From a virus (taxonomy: Duplodnaviria; Caudoviricetes): a stretch of 64,000 nt of DNA. Under the pieces are notes generated by a model. The model was given only the letters and a program-made list of their open reading frames with translations, was not told the DNA's origin and did no database searches. The stretch lies in the IMG/VR virus record IMGVR_UViG_3300021431_000081, positions 1-64,000 of that record, one strand, 5' to 3'. Positions 57,991 through 64,000 of this stretch are shown piece by piece (within the stretch, counting starts at the first letter, position 1; the number at the start of each line of letters is the position of its first letter). The position numbers were made by a program, and so were the translations under genes.

Positions 57991-58530
57991 TTATTGCATT
58001 TGGGAAATTAATTCGTCTAACTTGGTTTTATAATAATCAGAAAAGTCATTGGTAGATAAGCCTTTCCCATCTTCTTTATCTACTTTATTCGTCATCTGAG
58101 CAATGTAATTTGCAAATATCTTAAAGTCTTCGGAATCCACTACAACGCCATCATCATAAGCAGATTCTTCGACCACAACATCAAATACTAAACTAGGTAC
58201 ACGCTTTGTACCTGTTTCTTTATCATAAATATCTACATTGGCTTTGCCTCTTCCCGCTGACCATGATAACTGTTGTGGAAGAGTAAAAGTAACTGTACCA
58301 TTATCATCAATCGTTCCTTCATACAAACAGTGATTACCTACTGGTGTGATCACTTTTAAATAAGCCATTTCATTATCTTTATTGATGGAATATAATAAAC
58401 CATTTGCAGTAAACGTAACAACCAATTTATAAGTATATTGATTAAACTGTTTTACAGATATACTCTTAATAGGATTGGCAATTACATCTAGTACTAACGG
58501 TATCACAATAGATTCTGTAATAGATGCCAT
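57991..58530 (-). CDS. BppU-like baseplate protein (short)
   Basis: BppU-like domain followed by the KVDKEDGKGLSTNDF fibre motif. Confidence 0.7.
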   Translation of the reverse strand: MASITESIVIPLVLDVIANPIKSISVKQFNQYTYKLVVTFTANGLLYSINKDNEMAYLKVITPVGNHCLYEGTIDDNGTVTFTLPQQLSWSAGRGKANVDIYDKETGTKRVPSLVFDVVVEESAYDDGVVVDSEDFKIFANYIAQMTNKVDKEDGKGLSTNDFSDYYKTKLDELISQMQ

Positions 58531-58543
58531 AATTCACCCCCTA

Positions 58544-60856
58544 TTAATCTCTTGGCAGTTTTTGACAGGTTATTGTTCGCATCAGTAAACCAGTAGAAGT
58601 AATCTTGTGTTCACTGGTAATGGTAATCGTCCCTGAAGCAACATTGCCACTATTTACATACATAAAAGGATATACTTCACCTACTTCAAAATTCCTATCA
58701 TGAAAACTCTTAATGGTTACTTCGGTATAAGTGTTCTTACCTATCTCACCCATCTGAATGATTAATCGATTAAACTGCGTTAAATCATAAGCGTTATTAG
58801 TTGCTACCGAAGAACTAATAGCGCCACAGAAATTCAGATCATCCACATAAGAGAATGTGAGCGTTTTTCCTGTATTGGATAATAGCTGAACGGAACTTTT
58901 GGCACTAGAATTTACTACAGAATAATTGTTATTTGTAATTTTCATTAAAGTACTACTTTGACAGTTTATTTCACCTGAATTTAAAACACTGGGAGCAAAG
59001 GTTATAGGAAGATTTGATCCAGTTACATTTCTAAAGTAATTATTGCTGTATTCAATTCTATTAGATCTGCCTGTGATAAAAACATCATGAGTATTTACAT
59101 TTGAGGGTAATACATTATAATTGTTGGTATATACCACATCATCACAATAGGAGATGTAATTATAAGTGGAAGATCCTTTAATATTATTGCCACTAACTCG
59201 TCCTGTAAAAACATTCCTTAAATCAAATGCCCGTCTACAGTTTTCAATATAACAATCTTCAATAATTAAATTGGAAATTCCTAATAAGAAAAATGCAGTA
59301 TCTGTAGCATTATAAATCTTGCAGCCACGAATGGTGATATTCTTAGCAGGTCTGTCAGATTGCTGACTGGAATCATAATAAGAATGTTTACCAATAGCAT
59401 CTTCCATACTACGACCATTTCTTTCAAAGGTACAATTATCAATAGTCAGTCCATCTACTACCGTACCATCATAAGTTACAGAATCCTGACTCGCAAACCA
59501 GGGGAAGTTGCCATAAGTACAGTTATCAATATTTATATATTCTTTTCTACTAGATCCCCCAGATCCCATTCCTTGGAACAGGCAATCTCTAATGGTCACA
59601 TTCTTACAGGCACATATCTCAAAATAGTGATCACGAGTGCAATCCTTAAATACTACATTCTCCACTAAAATGTTCTGACCATGACATAGATCAATACTTC
59701 CTTTTTCAATTGTACCGTTACGAATAATAATCGTACCATTACCGTTGTATCCCGTATATACATCCGTAGATAGGAAGTTATGAATTAAGTGATTACCAGT
59801 AGTATTATCAATACCTGTTAAAGTTGCACCATTCAAATCTAAGATTGTTCCCTGATATACAATAACAGGCGCACCGACTTTATATTTCTTTCCCTGAGTG
59901 AACATTACCAATCGACCATTTTTAAATGTATTTAATAGTGATTCGGTATCATCTGTTTCACCATCTCCCACAGCACCATACATTTCTGGTGATACATAAG
60001 GTCTGAGTAATAAACCTTGTACGGCATTATCTAGTTTCTCTAAAGTCACTGCACCATCATTTATAGTAAATGTCTTAACAGCAGATGGATATAGCTTCTC
60101 ACTTGTTACAGCATGAGATTGTATTTTTGCTGCACTGACAGATCCATCAGCTAATTGCGCTTCTGTCACAGATTTATTCGCCAACTTTTCAGTTGTAACC
60201 GCTCCATCATTGATAGTTTCTGTAATAACAGCCCCATCATTGAGTTTATCATCTGTTATTGCTCCTTTTGCTATTTTTGAGGTGGTAATTGTTCCATCAG
60301 GAATTGAGATCATCAATGCGTCTTCCGCAGATTGTTTGGCTGAATCAGCACTGTTCTTAGCCTGTTCCGCAGATTCTGCAGCTAATTCGGCATTTGCTTT
60401 TACTTCATTTCGGAATTCCTGACTTTGTTTCAAAAAACTGGAGAATAAACTAAAATCATCAGATTCAACTACCACACCATCCTCATAAGCGGATGCCAGT
60501 ACATTAATCACAAAGTCCTGTGTGGAAACAATGTTACCTGTACTTAATGATACTATATCTACACGACCAGTACCTTTTCCTGAGTCCCATGACAACTGTT
60601 GTGGTAGAACGAATGTCACCGTTCCATCATCATTTATTTCTCCCGTATAACTATAGTTATTTTCATTAGAGGTAATTACTGCTAAAACACATTTCTGCTG
60701 ATTTGCGTTTAACGTTGTTTTATAGCCCTGATCTGTTATGATTACCGTAAGATTATAAGTATGTTGGTTATATTGATTAATCCTCAATTCTTTTACTTTA
60801 CTGGTGACAGTATCTAAGGACATGGATAAATTTACTGAATTCAATATGCTTGCCAT
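58544..60856 (-). CDS. tail spike/depolymerase: BppU-like + 10-aa repeat stalk + pectate-lyase-like beta-helix
   Basis: DGAVTTEKLA-type repeats, YVSPEMYGAVGDGETDDT and parallel beta-helix repeats (NVTIRDC.F). Confidence 0.82.
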   Translation of the reverse strand: MASILNSVNLSMSLDTVTSKVKELRINQYNQHTYNLTVIITDQGYKTTLNANQQKCVLAVITSNENNYSYTGEINDDGTVTFVLPQQLSWDSGKGTGRVDIVSLSTGNIVSTQDFVINVLASAYEDGVVVESDDFSLFSSFLKQSQEFRNEVKANAELAAESAEQAKNSADSAKQSAEDALMISIPDGTITTSKIAKGAITDDKLNDGAVITETINDGAVTTEKLANKSVTEAQLADGSVSAAKIQSHAVTSEKLYPSAVKTFTINDGAVTLEKLDNAVQGLLLRPYVSPEMYGAVGDGETDDTESLLNTFKNGRLVMFTQGKKYKVGAPVIVYQGTILDLNGATLTGIDNTTGNHLIHNFLSTDVYTGYNGNGTIIIRNGTIEKGSIDLCHGQNILVENVVFKDCTRDHYFEICACKNVTIRDCLFQGMGSGGSSRKEYINIDNCTYGNFPWFASQDSVTYDGTVVDGLTIDNCTFERNGRSMEDAIGKHSYYDSSQQSDRPAKNITIRGCKIYNATDTAFFLLGISNLIIEDCYIENCRRAFDLRNVFTGRVSGNNIKGSSTYNYISYCDDVVYTNNYNVLPSNVNTHDVFITGRSNRIEYSNNYFRNVTGSNLPITFAPSVLNSGEINCQSSTLMKITNNNYSVVNSSAKSSVQLLSNTGKTLTFSYVDDLNFCGAISSSVATNNAYDLTQFNRLIIQMGEIGKNTYTEVTIKSFHDRNFEVGEVYPFMYVNSGNVASGTITITSEHKITSTGLLMRTITCQKLPRD

Positions 60857-60870
60857 AATACGTCACCTCC

Positions 60871-61680
60871 TTATAATCCTACCTTAACAGCAGGTGCATA
60901 AGTCATATCTATCGTACATCCTATATTTACAGAAAAATTGTTTTCAGTGTTATCTACACTATTATATAATTTGGGAAAAATGAAGTTGAAATCCTTTCCT
61001 AAATTATGATCTTCGTTAGAAGAGGAGATTAGTAAATGCTTGCCATCCATTACAATAATTTCATCCGCAGTACAATTTTTAATGATCGTCTGCGTATTAT
61101 CCCGGAGATTGCTTAACTGAAAATCTCCAGATTCATGAATTGCAATACTAATGGTTGGTGTCACATAACCCTCTTCGTCTGATAAGCTATAAAGTGTAAA
61201 TTCTTTTTCATTATTTAAGTTTACATGAATGTTTACATCTTCATAATATGCATAAGGAGAATCAGTATATAAAGTAAGTTGTAAACCAATAATGCGTCCG
61301 CAGAATGTTACCTGCTGACTCTGAAAACTGCCCATCCAGTATATATCCCTATACTCATCTTGATCCACTTTGAATTTGCAAAATTTGTTTCTTCTACAAA
61401 GCCATCTCTGTAAGAATGACACTTCACGAGGAGTTAAGTACATTTCTTCCTGTGTAGCATTTTGACATGGATCTTTACATATGGTGAACGATATACTGTA
61501 TGGTTCTTCATAATGAGCATCATATAGTTCAAATATGTCCCTATTTGATGCCGTTCCCTGACTGAATTGTATATCTGCTCCTGAAGGAAATGTACCATTG
61601 GAAGCCCCCTCTAATGCACTCATTACATATCCGAATTCTGATAACTTTCTTCCATCAAATTCAAAATCTGTACAATACAT
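60871..61680 (-). CDS. distal tail protein (Dit)-like
   Basis: DFEFDG..LSEFG, .RWL., YTDSPYAY and FNFIFPKL motifs. Confidence 0.75.
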   Translation of the reverse strand: MYCTDFEFDGRKLSEFGYVMSALEGASNGTFPSGADIQFSQGTASNRDIFELYDAHYEEPYSISFTICKDPCQNATQEEMYLTPREVSFLQRWLCRRNKFCKFKVDQDEYRDIYWMGSFQSQQVTFCGRIIGLQLTLYTDSPYAYYEDVNIHVNLNNEKEFTLYSLSDEEGYVTPTISIAIHESGDFQLSNLRDNTQTIIKNCTADEIIVMDGKHLLISSSNEDHNLGKDFNFIFPKLYNSVDNTENNFSVNIGCTIDMTYAPAVKVGL

Positions 61681-61703
61681 TATGTTCTCCTTCATAAAGA
61701 GTC

Positions 61704-61730
61704 AGGGGACTGATTGTTCATCAGCCCCCT
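61704..61730 (-). terminator. GC-rich hairpin, probable terminator
   Basis: On the minus strand: AGGGGGCTGAT-GAACA-ATCAGTCCCCT. Confidence 0.55.
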
Positions 61731-61756
61731 TGGTTATCTTAATTATCTTAGTTAAC

Positions 61757-62197
61757 TTAATCTATTACTTCAACATCCTGCTCATCCATTTTTTCTACCA
61801 CTGGCTCCTCTTTCTTATCTTTCTTCAATAATGGACGAAGATACAGAATATCAATAGGAGTCATGGTGATACCAGTTTCTCCATCCAATGAGAATTCCTT
61901 TACATCAACATCGATCTCTGTATTCATCATTTCGATCATTTTGATGTTGAACTCTTCGGGGTTATTGATCAGAACAGATTCAGGATTGTTCTCATCCCGA
62001 ATATAATCGCCGTTTTCATCTTTCTTGGCATATTCCTGAATGCATGCCATACGCTTATCGCTTACAATCTTATAAGCAGTACTCATAGATTCAATATTAT
62101 CTGCGATAGCAATTGCCGTTCCTAAAGTAAGATTCTCTTTAGCCAGTTTATCTAAAGTCTCATAAATGTTAGTAATCTGATTAGCTGTAAATTTCAT
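61757..62197 (-). CDS. conserved tail-region hypothetical protein
   Basis: YAKKDENG motif; follows the S74-bearing tail protein. Confidence 0.65.
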   Translation of the reverse strand: MKFTANQITNIYETLDKLAKENLTLGTAIAIADNIESMSTAYKIVSDKRMACIQEYAKKDENGDYIRDENNPESVLINNPEEFNIKMIEMMNTEIDVDVKEFSLDGETGITMTPIDILYLRPLLKKDKKEEPVVEKMDEQDVEVID

Positions 62198-62200
62198 ATC

Positions 62201-64000
62201 CTAATCCTCCTTGTATTCATTCAATTGTCTTCTTAAATCAGTTATTTCCTTCTGGAGATAGGAGATCTCCTCAGTCATCTCTTGGAATGCTTTTACGAAA
62301 TAACCTGATAAGTAGAAATCGTTTATAGTTTTTATATTCATATTTCCCTCTTCATCATAACCGCCACCAACTACAAAATCGGAATCAATAGCTTCGATCT
62401 CATCCGCAATCATACCGATCTTCTGATGTTGTTTTGTGGATTTCCAGTCAAATGAATGAAGAGGAATTTGATTTATTACATTAAGTGCAGAGGAAACCTC
62501 TGTGTTTTTTATATTAGTTTTAAGACGGACATCTGAAGTGGAAGATGCTAAAGTATAAGAAGTGTAGCTGCCAAAGACAGGTGGAGTTGAACTGGCATTT
62601 TCAACTGATTGTCCATATACTTCTACGTTTCCTTCTTTACTAATCCTTATAACTGCAACTTTGCCTTTACTCGATGATCCTGTTGTTCCAATTGGAGTAT
62701 AATCAGAATTATCACTGGCAGTTATACTTACCGATCCTAAAGCTAGTTTATTAGTACCATGACTTATTGTATTTAATGTAATACTTTGTGTAACAATCGT
62801 TTCTGCACTCATTCTACCCGCACGAATAATTGGTGCTTCGACAGTGCGATTTGCAAAAAAATCATTGGAACAGTATACTTGATATACATTTAAATTTAAT
62901 CGTGGTTGTTTAGTTACAATAGGCATGGCGGCCTTATCCACTTGGCCTGTAATAGGGGAATAATCATATGCTTGGATATAATGATAATTATCATAAACAT
63001 ATTGAATCGTAGCATCTTTAACTGATAAAGAATCTGGAACCGTTGAATTTTTTATAGTAATTGTTTCATCTATTTCCAAACTTGTAGCTGATATTCCACC
63101 ATTAAAAGTTCCTGACGTAACATTTACTTCTTCTAAAGTCGCACCCTTTGCTTTTAATTTACCATTATTAGTTACAAGAAAAGCAGATTTTTTAACAATA
63201 TTGCCACCAGGTGCAGTTGTACATCCCGCATAAAAAGCTGCTTTTGTAGCATCTCCACCTATCGCTTGTATTCCCACTCTATAATGATTGACCTCATCAT
63301 AAAATTCAATTCGTCTACCATCATCAGTACTTGATGCATTCTCAGGAATAATAGTCCATCCTGCAATATTACCACCTTGTGTTGCATTGATCGTTCCTTC
63401 AAAATATCCATCTGTAGCATACAATTTACCTTTATTATCTACTTGGAAAGTACAATGCTTGGTGGTACTGCTATAAGGACCTAAGTAAATGCCGTCTTTA
63501 CAAAGATGCACACCATCAACAGTGGATGTAGTTAAAATCTTACCATTGGTATATAAACAGCCGTCTTTAATAGTAAATCCACCAACCATGCCTGACGTTG
63601 AATAAAGTTCTCCATGGATTATTGCATTATTTGCTTCTAACAAGCCATTATTACTTATTTTAGAATAAGTAACATTTAAACCGGGATCAGTAGTGGATAC
63701 AGTGCCGTCTTCTAAAATATAAACATTTTTCTTTAAATAATTATCTATACCAGTAACCTTATCCGTACTTAACCCAGTTACTGTACTATTCTGTTCAAGC
63801 GTTAATGAAGTGGCATTAATATGACCTTCTATATAAAGATCGCCTTGATCATTTAATTGTAAAAGAGTTTTATTTCCTGCCGTCATGGTTAATAATCTAT
63901 CACTCTTAGGATGTACCGAAAAAGTATTAACGTTATTAGTTACTTCAAGGCCATAATCATTCATAACTAATGATGCATCATCATTGAATATCTTAAGATT
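62201..64000 (-). CDS. 5'-truncated tail tip/central fibre protein with C-terminal S74 chaperone
   Basis: Frame is open to the window edge; G.I.A..G.IGG..I beta repeats, SDVRLKTNI...GMIADE and a terminal coiled coil. Confidence 0.82.
   Translation of the reverse strand, partial: NLKIFNDDASLVMNDYGLEVTNNVNTFSVHPKSDRLLTMTAGNKTLLQLNDQGDLYIEGHINATSLTLEQNSTVTGLSTDKVTGIDNYLKKNVYILEDGTVSTTDPGLNVTYSKISNNGLLEANNAIIHGELYSTSGMVGGFTIKDGCLYTNGKILTTSTVDGVHLCKDGIYLGPYSSTTKHCTFQVDNKGKLYATDGYFEGTINATQGGNIAGWTIIPENASSTDDGRRIEFYDEVNHYRVGIQAIGGDATKAAFYAGCTTAPGGNIVKKSAFLVTNNGKLKAKGATLEEVNVTSGTFNGGISATSLEIDETITIKNSTVPDSLSVKDATIQYVYDNYHYIQAYDYSPITGQVDKAAMPIVTKQPRLNLNVYQVYCSNDFFANRTVEAPIIRAGRMSAETIVTQSITLNTISHGTNKLALGSVSITASDNSDYTPIGTTGSSSKGKVAVIRISKEGNVEVYGQSVENASSTPPVFGSYTSYTLASSTSDVRLKTNIKNTEVSSALNVINQIPLHSFDWKSTKQHQKIGMIADEIEAIDSDFVVGGGYDEEGNMNIKTINDFYLSGYFVKAFQEMTEEISYLQKEITDLRRQLNEYKED

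Noticed and set aside
1122-61831. Many short opposite-strand or nested ORFs in the track (e.g. 1136-1609, 21119-21580, 25356-25745, 47013-47519)
   Set aside because: They are shadows of well-supported genes, with no RBS or recognisable motifs.

Overview
This window looks like part of a large, AT-rich temperate tailed phage of a Firmicutes (probably Clostridia/Lachnospiraceae-type) host, organised as two convergent arms. The + strand arm (1-32027) carries an SPbeta-like replication core (DnaB helicase, primase, DnaE polymerase, RecD2 helicase, NAD-dependent ligase) and nucleotide metabolism genes (class II RNR, dUTPase, ThyA-like, NDT-like). It also holds accessory modules and ends in a tyrosine integrase followed by an apparently intact attP that matches the 3' end of a tRNA-Ser. 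The - strand arm (64000-32080) carries tail, baseplate and fibre genes (Dit, BppU-like proteins, a beta-helix depolymerase, a 2388-aa CotH-kinase/LRR protein, a 3514-aa fibre) and a lysis cassette with three membrane proteins and two endolysins. The best candidates for undescribed biology are four. (1) Three tandem paralogues sharing an N-terminal RxGxWETNSSSxH motif sit directly before a radical SAM enzyme, in the same gene run as a cysteine desulfurase and an RNA ligase. (2) A Met-rich/SH3-like/vWA/divergent PurA-like cassette has altered aspartate- and GTP-binding loops. (3) Matching C- and N-terminal motifs form an apparent docking chain across consecutive fibre genes. (4) A perfect-consensus promoter fires a short, probably non-coding RNA leftward through attP. 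All family assignments come from motif recognition by eye; no database searches were run.
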